The position numbers were made by a program, and so were the translations under genes. Positions 24,025 through 33,754 of a stretch of DNA of 39,417 bases are shown here, one piece after another. The notes under the pieces were generated by a model that was not told the DNA's origin, did not search any database, and saw only the letters and a list, made by a program, of their open reading frames with translations. Numbering within the stretch: position 1 is the stretch's first letter; each line of letters begins with the position of its first letter. The stretch comes from a virus (taxonomy: Duplodnaviria; Caudoviricetes): positions 1-39,417 of the IMG/VR virus record IMGVR_UViG_3300017780_004221, one strand, 5' to 3'.

Positions 24025-25208
24025 TGTATCAAATCACTACGGCAACAAAGAAAATAGCTGATATGAAGAAAAGGATCAAGGTTGTCCAAGGAGGGACTTC
24101 GGCTGGTAAGACAATCTCAATATTGATGCTTCTTATTGATAGGGCACAGACGAAAAAAGAATCAAGCGAACTTACTTCAGTTGTTGCAGAGTCTATACCT
24201 CACTTGAAACGAGGGGCATTGAGAGATTTTAAAAACATAATGCAGGGTCATAATTACTGGAAAGATAACCTCTGGAATGCTACAGACTCAGTATATACAT
24301 TTGAGAGCGGTAATAAAATTGAATTTTTCTCGACTGACAATGGAGACAAACTGAGAGGTGCGAGGAGAGATTGGCTTTTTATAAACGAGTCGAACAACAT
24401 TCCATTTGATGCTTTCGAGCAACTAGAGGTAAGAACAAAAAAAGGTGTATACCTTGATTTTAATCCTACGAATGAGTACTGGCTTTTCACTGAAGTTATG
24501 CCAAACAGGGACGACGCGGAAAAGATAATTGTTACCTACAAGGATAATGAGGGTCTCTCGCAGGAAATCATCGAGTCCATCGAGCAACGAAAGAACCGCA
24601 AAGGATGGTGGCAGGTATACGGCGAGGGACTTCTTGGCGAGGTCGAAGGAAAGATATACAAGGACTGGCAGATAGTGGACGAAGTACCCCATGAGGCGCG
24701 CCTGGAGCGTCGTGGCTTGGACTTCGGGTACACCAACGACCCGACGGCCATAGTGGACATCTATTACTATAATGGGGGATATGTTCTTGATGAGGTCTGT
24801 TACCAGAAGGGGATGAGTAACAAGTACATCGCCGACACACTGCTTGCGCAGGACAGGCAAGTGCTCACCATCGCCGACAGTGCCGAACCTAAATCTATTG
24901 ATGAGATCAAGAGTTATGGTGTAAACATACAGCCAGCAGTCAAAGGTCCTGGGTCCATCAACCAGGGCATACAATACGTTCAGGACCAGAAGATATCTAT
25001 GACTAAGCGCTCCGCCAACATCATCAGGGAGTACCGTAACTACCTCTGGTCAACCGACAGGGACGGCAAGATACTCAATGTCCCTGAAGGTGGGTTTGAC
25101 CACAGTCTTGATGCCGTAAGGTACGCCATGAGTTCATTTAGACCCTCAACACCCATTGTTGATGTCTTTAGGGACACACCGGCGCTTTACAGTGACATCG
25201 GCTTGTGA
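24024..25208 (+). CDS. terL: Terminase large subunit, PBSX family
   Basis: VQGGTSAGKT Walker A, LFINE Walker B, LDFNP, GLDFGYTNDP, ADSAEPKSI, DHSLDAVRY. Confidence 0.95.
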   Translation: MYQITTATKKIADMKKRIKVVQGGTSAGKTISILMLLIDRAQTKKESSELTSVVAESIPHLKRGALRDFKNIMQGHNYWKDNLWNATDSVYTFESGNKIEFFSTDNGDKLRGARRDWLFINESNNIPFDAFEQLEVRTKKGVYLDFNPTNEYWLFTEVMPNRDDAEKIIVTYKDNEGLSQEIIESIEQRKNRKGWWQVYGEGLLGEVEGKIYKDWQIVDEVPHEARLERRGLDFGYTNDPTAIVDIYYYNGGYVLDEVCYQKGMSNKYIADTLLAQDRQVLTIADSAEPKSIDEIKSYGVNIQPAVKGPGSINQGIQYVQDQKISMTKRSANIIREYRNYLWSTDRDGKILNVPEGGFDHSLDAVRYAMSSFRPSTPIVDVFRDTPALYSDIGL

Positions 25209-25224
25209 TGTCCTGATATAGGTA

Positions 25225-25230
25225 TATAAT
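25225..25230 (+). promoter_or_regulatory. -10 element upstream of the glycosylation cassette
   Basis: TATAAT in the terL-GT11 intergenic gap. Confidence 0.5.
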
Positions 25231-25259
25231 TTATTCATTAACAATAACAACAGGAAGTT

Positions 25260-25802
25260 ATGGTAAGTCCACACAAATTATTTGGTAGGCTCGGAAATTC
25301 AATGTTTCAATACGCTACGTTGATAGCACTCGCAGACACGGCGGAGTCGGACATATATTTTCAAGATATAAAATGGTTTGAAAATCATCAGGACAAGGTC
25401 CGGGAGATGTTTAATATTGGCATAGGATCAACACCTAAGATAGGCATACATGTGAGACGAGGAGACTATATCCAGTTCTCACATCAATACCCAAACCTGA
25501 TGGAGACCGACTACTATAGGAAGGCTATGGCAATGTTCAAGGAAAAGGACTTCATCGTGTTCTCGGATGACATCGAGTGGTGCAAGAAGCAGGACATCTT
25601 CAAGGGGTGCGAGTTCTCGGAAGGGAAGACGGACGTGCAGGATCTCAACCTTATGGCCTCATGCAACGGACTGATCATGGCAAACTCAACTTTTAGTTTT
25701 TGGGGAGCATATTTGGGACCTTCTAATAAAGTAGTTGTTTGCCCGAGACAAGAACTATGGGGTACGCCCATCTCATTACTGGATAAGTGGCACAAAATAT
25801 GA
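25260..25802 (+). CDS. Alpha-1,2-fucosyltransferase-like glycosyltransferase (GT11)
   Basis: GRLGNSMFQY, HVRRGDY, FSDDIEWCK and ANSTFSFWGAYL are GT11 signature motifs. Confidence 0.9.
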   Translation: MVSPHKLFGRLGNSMFQYATLIALADTAESDIYFQDIKWFENHQDKVREMFNIGIGSTPKIGIHVRRGDYIQFSHQYPNLMETDYYRKAMAMFKEKDFIVFSDDIEWCKKQDIFKGCEFSEGKTDVQDLNLMASCNGLIMANSTFSFWGAYLGPSNKVVVCPRQELWGTPISLLDKWHKI

Positions 25803-25972
25803 AAATAGAAATTTTAGACAGAAGAAAAGATAAGGATTTAGAGTGTTTTATTTTAACTACCAAAATAGATGATGTAGAATGTCTGTTTGCCATAAATAAA
25901 GAAGATAACTTTAATGATGTGGTTGATGCCTTTATTAAAAAAATTAGTGCTTTAAACATATGTCAAAAGTAA
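25799..25972 (+). CDS. Small hypothetical protein
   Basis: MKIEILDRRKDKD..., 57 aa; ATGA overlap with the GT11 stop; AT-rich. Confidence 0.5.
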   Translation: MKIEILDRRKDKDLECFILTTKIDDVECLFAINKEDNFNDVVDAFIKKISALNICQK

Positions 25973-26526
25973 CCATACTCATTCCGACTACTCCTGAAAG
26001 ACGGGAGCGACTACAGCAGACGATTGAATCAATCAGGGAGCATACGACATTACCATATAAGCTAACGATATATGAAAATAACTACGAAGGATACGTTAAG
26101 GCTATCCACACTCTTTTGGATGGGGTTGATGGCCTTGTGTGGTGTCTTAACGATGATGTCATTCTAAAGAATGATGCAGTAAAGATTCTATGCGACAAGT
26201 TTATCGAGCTGTACCCCAAATACAACGGGCTTCTTCAGCCAAAGGATGGCATACAGGAGGGAAATGTGGCGACCTTGCCGTTCTGTCACTCAAAGATAAT
26301 GAAAACTCTTACTCATGAAGGCTACCATCATAACTTCGCGGACCAGGAGTTCACTATGAGAATGAATGCTGCCGGACTGTACACCTATGTCCCGGAAGCC
26401 GTAGTGGAACACAACCACTGGATCAACGGCAAGGCCGAGCAGGACAGGACGTATTCGGATTCGCAAATACTGTTCCAGAAGGACCAAGAATTATTCGCTA
26501 ATAGATTACAAAATGGCTTCAACTAA
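25960..26526 (+). CDS. Glycosyltransferase family 2
   Basis: VTILIPT...LQQTIESI, CLNDD (DxD-like), FADQEF, VPEAVVEH. Confidence 0.85.
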   Translation: MSKVTILIPTTPERRERLQQTIESIREHTTLPYKLTIYENNYEGYVKAIHTLLDGVDGLVWCLNDDVILKNDAVKILCDKFIELYPKYNGLLQPKDGIQEGNVATLPFCHSKIMKTLTHEGYHHNFADQEFTMRMNAAGLYTYVPEAVVEHNHWINGKAEQDRTYSDSQILFQKDQELFANRLQNGFN

Positions 26527-27151
26527 ACCAAAGGTGATGATCGCAGTCCCGACTATGGGAGAAATCAATACGCTACTCGTCGTCATGATTACAAGGTGGA
26601 TTGCGGAGGCTTTCAATACCGGAAAGTATAACGTGTCATTCTATCCAACAACGTGCGTATCGCCTGTCGACAGGGCAAGAGAGGAGATAGTGGACGTATT
26701 CCTTGAGTCGGACTGTACCCACTTGTTCTGGATCGACTCGGACACGGTTCCGAAGTACGAGGCACTCACCACTCTTCTGTCCCATGACGCTGATATCGTC
26801 TCAGGACTGACGGCCATCATCGTCTATGACGAGACAAGGAAGGATTCGGACTCCAACGGATTCAAGAAGAAATGGAACTGCGTGGGCATGGACGAGAAAC
26901 ACCTGACACCCAACACCGGCGTGCATAAGATTCTCGGAGCGGGAGGTTCGTGCCTCATGGTCAAGCGGGAGGTATACGAGAAGCTGGAAAGGCCGTGCTA
27001 TAAATTCATCTATAAGGACGACAACGGGAAGGATGCTAACATCAGCGAGGACATCCATTTCACGCTTATGGCGCGGGCGAAGGGCTTTGAGCCTATCTGC
27101 GACACGTCGGTGATCGCCGCTCATTACAAGGGTATCTTCTGGGACCTCTAG
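26513..27151 (+). CDS. GT-A fold glycosyltransferase
   Basis: VMIAVPT, AREEIV, THLFWIDSD (DxD), GGSCLMVKREVYE, SEDIHF. Confidence 0.85.
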   Translation: MASTKPKVMIAVPTMGEINTLLVVMITRWIAEAFNTGKYNVSFYPTTCVSPVDRAREEIVDVFLESDCTHLFWIDSDTVPKYEALTTLLSHDADIVSGLTAIIVYDETRKDSDSNGFKKKWNCVGMDEKHLTPNTGVHKILGAGGSCLMVKREVYEKLERPCYKFIYKDDNGKDANISEDIHFTLMARAKGFEPICDTSVIAAHYKGIFWDL

Positions 27152-27152
27152 C

Positions 27153-27713
27153 ATGGAGCCATTCAGGGAACAGATGCGGTACGAGTACGACTTGGACTGC
27201 GAAAGCTACGTCATAGACCTCGGAGGGTATGAGGGGAGGTTCGCAAGCATATTGCACCAGGCGTATGCGTGCGACGTTGACGTATACGAACCGATAGACG
27301 CGTTCTTTCTCGACTGCGTGAAGAATCTGCAACCCTATCCGATAGTGAGGGTATTTCATTATGGGGTGGGAGGCAGCGAGAGGACTGAGACATTTCACGT
27401 CGAGACTGACCGAACGGGGGTATTTGCCAACGGAAACACGGAGGAGGTACGCATAAAGGACATAAAAGACGTTATCGGGGACAGGAATGTCGACCTAATC
27501 AAGATAAATATCGAGGGAATGGAGTTTGAAGTGCTTGAAAGGGTGCTGGAACTCGGCTTGCAGTCAAAATTGAGGAACATACAGGTGCAGTTCCATAAGA
27601 TTGCCCCCGATTCCGAGGAAAGATACGAAAAAATACGCGACGAACTGCTCAAGACGCACAAACTTACGTTCGATTACCCGTTCGTGTGGCAAAACTTTAC
27701 TCTCAACGCATAG
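27153..27713 (+). CDS. FkbM-family SAM-dependent methyltransferase
   Basis: VIDLGGYEG, YEP, DLIKINIEGMEFEVL, IQVQFH. Confidence 0.88.
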   Translation: MEPFREQMRYEYDLDCESYVIDLGGYEGRFASILHQAYACDVDVYEPIDAFFLDCVKNLQPYPIVRVFHYGVGGSERTETFHVETDRTGVFANGNTEEVRIKDIKDVIGDRNVDLIKINIEGMEFEVLERVLELGLQSKLRNIQVQFHKIAPDSEERYEKIRDELLKTHKLTFDYPFVWQNFTLNA

Positions 27714-27717
27714 TATG

Positions 27718-27726
27718 TGGTATAAT
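27718..27726 (+). promoter_or_regulatory. Extended -10 promoter of the portal operon
   Basis: TGG-TATAAT; ATG at 27768. Confidence 0.7.
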
Positions 27727-27767
27727 TTGGATATTAGCAGAGCAAGAACAGGAAATTCTTACTCATA

Positions 27768-29681
27768 ATGATTAAAAAAGAAACAAGAGACGCAATCGTT
27801 GCCCAAGCATTACAGGAAATATCATTCTCCAGGCAGTACAAGCAGGGAAAAACCTCCAACTGGAAGAAGAACGAGGATCTTTACTACGGAAAGAAGGTAA
27901 AGACCGACGAGGCCCGGGCAAACGTGGATCTTAACCGTATGCAGGAGTTCGTGCATACGTTTCTTTCAAAGATCGACAACGCCCTCACGTTCAAGTTCAC
28001 GCACCGGAAGGTCTCGCAGATTACGCGGGTAAAGAGGCTCAACTCGCTCAGGCAGTTCGATGCCAACAGGGACTTCTGGGATTTAAAAGACATTGTAGGT
28101 AAAAAACAAGCAGTAATATATGGACGAACAATCTTTTCTTATTTTGCAGACAGTGCTGAGGGGTATCAGCCTCATCTTGAGAATGTTGATGTCTACGATT
28201 TTTTAATCGACCCATCAGCAGGAGGTATCAATATCGAGAACGCCATGTACATGGGGCGGTACGGGGTCATCAAGACGACATCCCAACTGAAGGAGGGAGT
28301 GAAGAACGGCATCTACCTCAAGTACCCGACAAACGACCTTATCAATGGATCAGGGAACTCAACTGAATCCTCACAGGAGGAGACGAACAAGGCCTCACGA
28401 ACCTACGACACCAACGTTACCTCTTCACAAAAGGAGATTGGTAACAAGGACAAGTACAAGTTCTGGGAGTGGTATACAACGTATGACGGGGTTAGGTATT
28501 ACCTACTTCTTAACGAGACGGGGGCTAACGCCATCCGAGTAGAGAAACTTTCTGACATCTTCGAGTCTGACCTATACCCGTTCTGGACATACGCATGTTT
28601 CCCTGACCTTACAGAGTTCTGGGTTCCGTCCCCTGCTGACTACGTTCGTGAAATATTCATGGCTCAGGCGGTATCCATCAACCAGATGCTCGACAATGCT
28701 GAGCAGATCAACCGGCCGCAGAGAGTGGTGGACGTGACCATGATCGAGGACCTTGCGTCCCTTAAGTACCGAAAGGATGGGTACATTAAGTCAAAGGGCG
28801 ATGTCTCAAAGGCTATTAGGGAGGTACAGGTTCCAAGCATCAACACTCCAATCGAGGTGTTCAACATCCTTGAGACCATCCAGGAGAAGTCTTCGGGAGT
28901 GACTGCCGCCTCAAAGGGAATCGCGGAGGAGGACAAGGTGGGTATCTACGAGGGTAACCAAGAGAATACCGCTGACCGCTTCGGATTTATAAACAAGGCC
29001 TATGCCTTCGGATATCAACGATTCGCCCGACTATACGAGGCTGGGGTACGGGAACACCTTTCAAAGAAGATGGCGGTAGACATCATGGGACCTAACGGCG
29101 TTGAGATCGAGGAGGTTTCAAAAAGGGACATCTTCTGGAAAGGTGATACGTTTGGAGTCATGGTTGAGGCAAGCAACGCCGAACTTGCACTATCTATTGG
29201 TGAAAAGAAGCTTAAACTAGGCTTCTTACAGGCAAACGCCATGAACCCTATCCAGAACCCTAAGAAGGCATACGAGACGGAGGCTTCCATCAACGGCTTC
29301 TCAGAGGAAGAGATTAGGCAACTTATGGATACACAGAACTTTGGCGACGCTGACCTAATGTCGGAGGCTGAGCGTGATATCGAGATGATTATGGAGGGAA
29401 AGAAGATAGAGGTGAACCGAAAGGCAAGCATCGCCTACAAGCAAAGGTTCCTGGACTACGTTCTAGACAATGGGGAAAGCATTGACGACGTACAGTTCAA
29501 TGCCCTCAACGATTATATCGCCCAACTACAACCAGTGATTGACCAAAACCTTATATCATCACTCGCCGACGAGCAAGTAAAGCAGGCAATGTCTCCAATG
29601 GGATCACCTCCCATGGGAGCAGGACCTATGGCAGGACCGGAATTATCAAATAACACAGGATTAAATGAGCCACAAATATAA
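27768..29681 (+). CDS. Portal protein (P22-like)
   Basis: 637 aa after terL; DFLIDPSA, INQMLDNAEQINRP and QEKSSGVT resemble podovirus portals; Met/Pro-rich tail. Confidence 0.8.
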   Translation: MIKKETRDAIVAQALQEISFSRQYKQGKTSNWKKNEDLYYGKKVKTDEARANVDLNRMQEFVHTFLSKIDNALTFKFTHRKVSQITRVKRLNSLRQFDANRDFWDLKDIVGKKQAVIYGRTIFSYFADSAEGYQPHLENVDVYDFLIDPSAGGINIENAMYMGRYGVIKTTSQLKEGVKNGIYLKYPTNDLINGSGNSTESSQEETNKASRTYDTNVTSSQKEIGNKDKYKFWEWYTTYDGVRYYLLLNETGANAIRVEKLSDIFESDLYPFWTYACFPDLTEFWVPSPADYVREIFMAQAVSINQMLDNAEQINRPQRVVDVTMIEDLASLKYRKDGYIKSKGDVSKAIREVQVPSINTPIEVFNILETIQEKSSGVTAASKGIAEEDKVGIYEGNQENTADRFGFINKAYAFGYQRFARLYEAGVREHLSKKMAVDIMGPNGVEIEEVSKRDIFWKGDTFGVMVEASNAELALSIGEKKLKLGFLQANAMNPIQNPKKAYETEASINGFSEEEIRQLMDTQNFGDADLMSEAERDIEMIMEGKKIEVNRKASIAYKQRFLDYVLDNGESIDDVQFNALNDYIAQLQPVIDQNLISSLADEQVKQAMSPMGSPPMGAGPMAGPELSNNTGLNEPQI

Positions 29682-30039
29682 GATTATACAGAAGATGGAA
29701 GAGGCCGATGACACTATCATCGAGAAGTCAGGGGTAAAGGTAAAGATTACCCTTAGGGACATGGAGAAGCAGGCTTCGCAGGTACGAAAGATCAAGGAGG
29801 AACTGGAGGCACAGCTTCTGGTGGACAAAGCCCAAGTAACCAACTGTGAGGTCAACTACCCAGGAATCGAGGACGTGACCGAGGAGGAGGAGAAGCGAGC
29901 AATCGCTATCACTCTCCGAAAGGGAAACCTGAAGGAGATTGCCGAGATTGAGGCCAAATTGAAGGAGATTGACGAGGCTCTTGTTGAGTATGAGGAGGAG
30001 ATAGAAGAAATTAAGAAACAAACAGGACTCAATGGATAA
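29665..30039 (+). CDS. Acidic coiled-coil hypothetical protein
   Basis: 124 aa overlapping the portal end. Confidence 0.65.
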   Translation: MSHKYKIIQKMEEADDTIIEKSGVKVKITLRDMEKQASQVRKIKEELEAQLLVDKAQVTNCEVNYPGIEDVTEEEEKRAIAITLRKGNLKEIAEIEAKLKEIDEALVEYEEEIEEIKKQTGLNG

Positions 30040-30316
30040 AAAGGAAATAGAAAAATCATTGGGTAATCTAAAAGCCATCAACACGGCCATGAATTCTGAG
30101 GGGGGTGATATCCTTATTAAGACATATCATAAGGACGTGCTGATGAGCATGGATAAGATTGCCTATAACTTTTCTACCCTTTCACACATCGAGCTTGTTT
30201 CCGAGTGCGCAAAGTTGTACTCGAAGCTGGAGATACTACGAACCTTAAAAAACTCAAAGAAGAACGAGATAATCGCCGAAAACGATTTGAAGGAACTTCT
30301 TGAACTCGAATCGTAG
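30032..30316 (+). CDS. Hypothetical head-module protein
   Basis: 94 aa between portal and scaffold. Confidence 0.65.
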   Translation: MDKKEIEKSLGNLKAINTAMNSEGGDILIKTYHKDVLMSMDKIAYNFSTLSHIELVSECAKLYSKLEILRTLKNSKKNEIIAENDLKELLELES

Positions 30317-30379
30317 TTCGAGTGCTGCTCTTGTTGGCTTTCCTGTTCAGCCGACGAGGGCAGCACCCGCACTATGATT
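30309..30379 (+). other. ~30-bp RNA hairpin (possible RNase III or termination site)
   Basis: gtgctgctcttgttggct pairs with agccgacgagggcagcac (18 bp, 3 GU), extended by atcgtagt/actatgat. Confidence 0.7.
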
Positions 30380-30406
30380 GCACAGAACAGCATAGTGCTT
30401 TATAAT
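30378..30406 (+). promoter_or_regulatory. Sigma70-like promoter for scaffold and capsid genes
   Basis: TTGCAC, 17 nt, TATAAT. Confidence 0.8.
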
Positions 30407-30502
30407 ATAAGTAATAACAGGGGTCGGGAGACTCAAAATCTGTAACGCTTAAGTAGCGGTCAAAAAACTTGGTTGTGCCACAACCTAAAAAGGTGAAAAA
30501 AC

Positions 30503-31225
30503 ATGGATAATATCCAAAATACTAACGAGCCAGAGGTTATAGAGGCTCAGCCCGAAGAAGTTACGCCAGAGGTTACTGAACCAGTTTTAGGCGACATGTT
30601 GCAACGTGAGCCGGAACCAGAACACAAGGTAGAAACTATAGGGCTAGACAAGTTCCTAGACATTAAGAAGCAGAACAAAGAACTCAAGAAGGAGATGGAC
30701 AAACTGAAGTCTCAGATTGAGAACGGCGATGACGTTTCAAATGTCGATATAGACGAGATTGCAGACGAATACGGTGTTGACAAGGGATTCTTGAAAAAGT
30801 TTGAAGCCTCAATTCGTTCACAAATGAATAACGACTTCGAAGCAAAGGTCTCGGAAAAGTTAAAACCTCTTGAGCAGGCGGAGAAAGCAAAGCAGGCTAA
30901 TCAGACATTCGAGTCAATCTACAACCAGACACTCGAAAGAATGCCTGAATACGCCAACCTTATAGATAAGGACAGCTTGCGGACTCTTGCCTTCCAAAAG
31001 GAAAACGCATCACTTAGTTTGCCTCAACTAGTCGAAAAGATATACGGCCGGTCTCTCAGTGGAAAGAAGACCATAGAGACCACAACTCCACGAGGTGGGA
31101 AGGATCCTCAGGAAATCGACTTCAAGCTTGCACGGACTGACTCACAGTACTTCAGCGAAATCATGGCAGACCCTGCTATGAAAGCAAAGTACAACCAGAA
31201 CCTGGAAGCACGACTAGATTTGTAA
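30503..31225 (+). CDS. Capsid scaffolding protein
   Basis: Acidic N-terminus and coiled coil; directly before the major capsid gene. Confidence 0.75.
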   Translation: MDNIQNTNEPEVIEAQPEEVTPEVTEPVLGDMLQREPEPEHKVETIGLDKFLDIKKQNKELKKEMDKLKSQIENGDDVSNVDIDEIADEYGVDKGFLKKFEASIRSQMNNDFEAKVSEKLKPLEQAEKAKQANQTFESIYNQTLERMPEYANLIDKDSLRTLAFQKENASLSLPQLVEKIYGRSLSGKKTIETTTPRGGKDPQEIDFKLARTDSQYFSEIMADPAMKAKYNQNLEARLDL

Positions 31226-31270
31226 AATCCAAGAACAGGGTTAACAGATTTATAAACCCAATCATTATTT

Positions 31271-32485
31271 ATGGCATTAGACTCATTCCAGAAACACTTT
31301 GATAACTCATATCAGGAAGTGTTTCTAAAAACATTAGTTTCAAAGGAGGTGGCAAACACCCGATTTGAATCAGTACTTAAGTACGGAGAGTCAGTAGAGC
31401 GATTCTCTTACGACATCTCAGCTGTTCGAGTACGAACAGTATCACGAGGTTCAGCTTCAACAATCGATACAATCACAGACTCATCTGACCTGTTGACTGT
31501 AAACATCGAAAAGGAGGCAGTATTCTTCGTTTCAGATGGAGAGATGACACAGACTGGACCACTTAACCCAGCAGAGGTTATCGGAGGAAAGGTAGCCCGA
31601 AAGGTAGCTATCAACCTTGACGGTAAGGTATTTGCAGAGGTTCGAAATGCAACTTACGACTTTGACAACGGAGACCTTACGACTGGAGCTTCAACTGGAA
31701 CTCCTATCACACTGTCTTCAACAACAGTTCCACAGCTTACTACTCGAATGTCAGCAAAGCTACAGTACAAGAACAACCAGGATACCATGTCTAACATGAT
31801 CTTCGTTGTTGACCCATACTCAGCAGCAGACATCGCGCAGTATCTTCTTGGAAAGAGCATCGACCTTGCTGGTTCAGTGTTCAAGAACGGATACACAGAC
31901 GTTGTAAACAACGCTAAGATGTACGTTTCAAACAACTTGACTGGAGAAGCGGTACTCGGAATGGCAGCAATCCCTACAGCAACTAACACAGTTGTTATCG
32001 GAGGAGTTACATTCACATTCGTTACAACTATCGGAGCAACACCAGGAAACGTACTTGTATCTGGAACTGCTGACCTTGCACGAGCAAACCTTGCTGCACT
32101 GATCAACACACCAGGAACAACTACTCTAGTTGGAGTTGCCCTATCAGCAGCTGACCAGGCTATCGTCACAGACGACCTTGGACTCGTAGCTACAAACGAC
32201 AACACTGCTGACACTCTTACAATCGTAGGAACTGGATCAGGAGCACTCGTTGTATCTGCAACGTTCAACACGACTGCTGACTCATGGAGCAAGAACTTCG
32301 TTCATGCCTACTACGGAAAGAAGGGTGCTATCGACCTTGTCGTACAGGATCTGAAGGAAGTGGATATGCGACCTACAGCAGACCGACGTGGAACAAACAT
32401 CTTTACTTCATACCTTGCTGGAATCAAGACGTTTCCAGATGGAGCGAAAAAATTTCTCGACGTTCTTATCTCAAAGGGAGTTTAG
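31271..32485 (+). CDS. Major capsid protein (HK97 fold, P22-coat-like)
   Basis: 404 aa after the scaffold; strongly biased codon usage; YGESV, LTVNIEK, FVVDP, MYVSNNL and YLAGIKTF segments typical of P22-coat-like MCPs. Confidence 0.82.
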   Translation: MALDSFQKHFDNSYQEVFLKTLVSKEVANTRFESVLKYGESVERFSYDISAVRVRTVSRGSASTIDTITDSSDLLTVNIEKEAVFFVSDGEMTQTGPLNPAEVIGGKVARKVAINLDGKVFAEVRNATYDFDNGDLTTGASTGTPITLSSTTVPQLTTRMSAKLQYKNNQDTMSNMIFVVDPYSAADIAQYLLGKSIDLAGSVFKNGYTDVVNNAKMYVSNNLTGEAVLGMAAIPTATNTVVIGGVTFTFVTTIGATPGNVLVSGTADLARANLAALINTPGTTTLVGVALSAADQAIVTDDLGLVATNDNTADTLTIVGTGSGALVVSATFNTTADSWSKNFVHAYYGKKGAIDLVVQDLKEVDMRPTADRRGTNIFTSYLAGIKTFPDGAKKFLDVLISKGV

Positions 32486-32490
32486 TTTTC

Positions 32491-32526
32491 TAACTCTGCC
32501 CTCTCTAACCAGAGGGTTGGGATTAG
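32491..32526 (+). terminator. Hairpin after the capsid gene
   Basis: gccctct-ctaacc-agagggt with ctaa/ttag extension; weak U tract. Confidence 0.4.
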
Positions 32527-32533
32527 CAAATTT

Positions 32534-32704
32534 ATGGAAATCACACAGATCACAATAAACCAAACGCACATCGTTGCCCTTACCAAAAGTGGCACCCTCC
32601 TTGTTCGGCCCATAAAGTCGGTTGACCAGATGTGGGAGGTCATCGACCTGCCGGGAGCGAGCAACATTAGAAGCAGTGAGGATAAAAAACCAAAAATACA
32701 ATGA
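32534..32704 (+). CDS. 56-aa hypothetical protein (MEITQITINQTHIVALTKSGTLLVRP...)
   Basis: Below the ORF-track cutoff; ATGA-coupled to the adaptor gene. Confidence 0.6.
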   Translation: MEITQITINQTHIVALTKSGTLLVRPIKSVDQMWEVIDLPGASNIRSSEDKKPKIQ

Positions 32705-33324
32705 TCGCATCAGATATAATCACAAAGTTTGAACTGTTTATGGATGACACTACAGACCTTTCCTCTACCGAGGAACTGGACCTGCTGAACAAGATTTACT
32801 TCAGGGTGTGCATGGAGCGTCCGTGGGAGTTCCTGAAAAAGGCATTCTCCGGTACGACATCATCAAGCGTTTCATATGTAACACTACCTTCTGACTTCTC
32901 GTTCCTTACTCAGAACTACAACTATACCGATGCTTCATACTCGGCATCACGACCCGTCGTATTCGTAGGAACGACTTATCGACCATATGAAGTGGTTTCA
33001 TGGAGTGACCGAAGGCAGTATCGAGACCAGGATGGGTATTGCTATATCGACATTGCGAATGGACTTCTCTACTTTACTCTCCAGCCTACAGCGGCAGAAG
33101 CCGTAGAGTTCGACTATGCGTCCCTACCTACTGCCCTTACGCTGTCTGATACCCCTGTAATCCCCTCAAGGTTCCACGATATGCTCTATCATGGCATGTG
33201 TGTCGAGGACAATGTTATACAGCAATCTGACCGTGCCAAATCTTACTTGCCAGAAAATCAGCAAGCCTACAAAAGATATTTTGATGATTTATGCTATTTC
33301 AATTCAATGCTTATTCAACAATAA
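32701..33324 (+). CDS. Head-tail adaptor protein
   Basis: LLNKIY...RPWEFL...YVTLPSDF...PVIPSRFHDML pattern of podovirus adaptors; position after MCP. Confidence 0.7.
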   Translation: MIASDIITKFELFMDDTTDLSSTEELDLLNKIYFRVCMERPWEFLKKAFSGTTSSSVSYVTLPSDFSFLTQNYNYTDASYSASRPVVFVGTTYRPYEVVSWSDRRQYRDQDGYCYIDIANGLLYFTLQPTAAEAVEFDYASLPTALTLSDTPVIPSRFHDMLYHGMCVEDNVIQQSDRAKSYLPENQQAYKRYFDDLCYFNSMLIQQ

Positions 33325-33325
33325 T

Positions 33326-33754
33326 ATGCCAAAATCTAAAACAAGAATTTATAGAATATATAGAAACATGCTCAAAAGATGTTTTTTTGAGAAATATGAA
33401 CATTTTCATAGATATGGAGGAAGAGGTATAACAGTAGATAAAAAATGGTTATCTTTTGAGGGATTCTTTGAAGATATGCATTTGGGGTACGATGATAATA
33501 TGACATTAGATAGAATAGACAATGATGGTAATTATTGTAAAGAGAACTGTAAATGGTCAACAATGAAAGAACAAACATTAAACAGAAGTTCAAATAGGAT
33601 ATTATCTCTAGATGGTGTTTCAATGACACTAAAAGAATGGTCTGATAAAACAGGAATTAGACAGACTACCATTACACAAAGAATAGATTATGGAGGCTGG
33701 TCGGTTCGTAAAGCATTATCGATGAAGAATTTTTATAAACCAAATCTTGTATGA
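33326..33754 (+). CDS. HNH homing endonuclease
   Basis: YRNMLKRC...YGGRGITV...FFEDM...TLDRIDNDGNYCKENCKW; AT-rich; start refined to ATG 33326. Confidence 0.9.
   Translation: MPKSKTRIYRIYRNMLKRCFFEKYEHFHRYGGRGITVDKKWLSFEGFFEDMHLGYDDNMTLDRIDNDGNYCKENCKWSTMKEQTLNRSSNRILSLDGVSMTLKEWSDKTGIRQTTITQRIDYGGWSVRKALSMKNFYKPNLV

Noticed and set aside
25249-31239. AACAGG motif in late leaders (25249, 27747, 30416, 31234)
   Set aside because: The hexamer is common genome-wide (Thr-Gly codons) and its spacing is inconsistent, so it cannot be told from chance by eye.
32473-32493. -1 frameshift at the capsid end (A AAG GGA before a hairpin)
   Set aside because: The -1 frame stops at 32493 and would add only a few residues.
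33326-33754. Group I intron or intein around the HNH genes
   Set aside because: Flanking genes have their own stops and starts, and there is no non-coding room for a ribozyme core. The same holds at 23596 and 35639.
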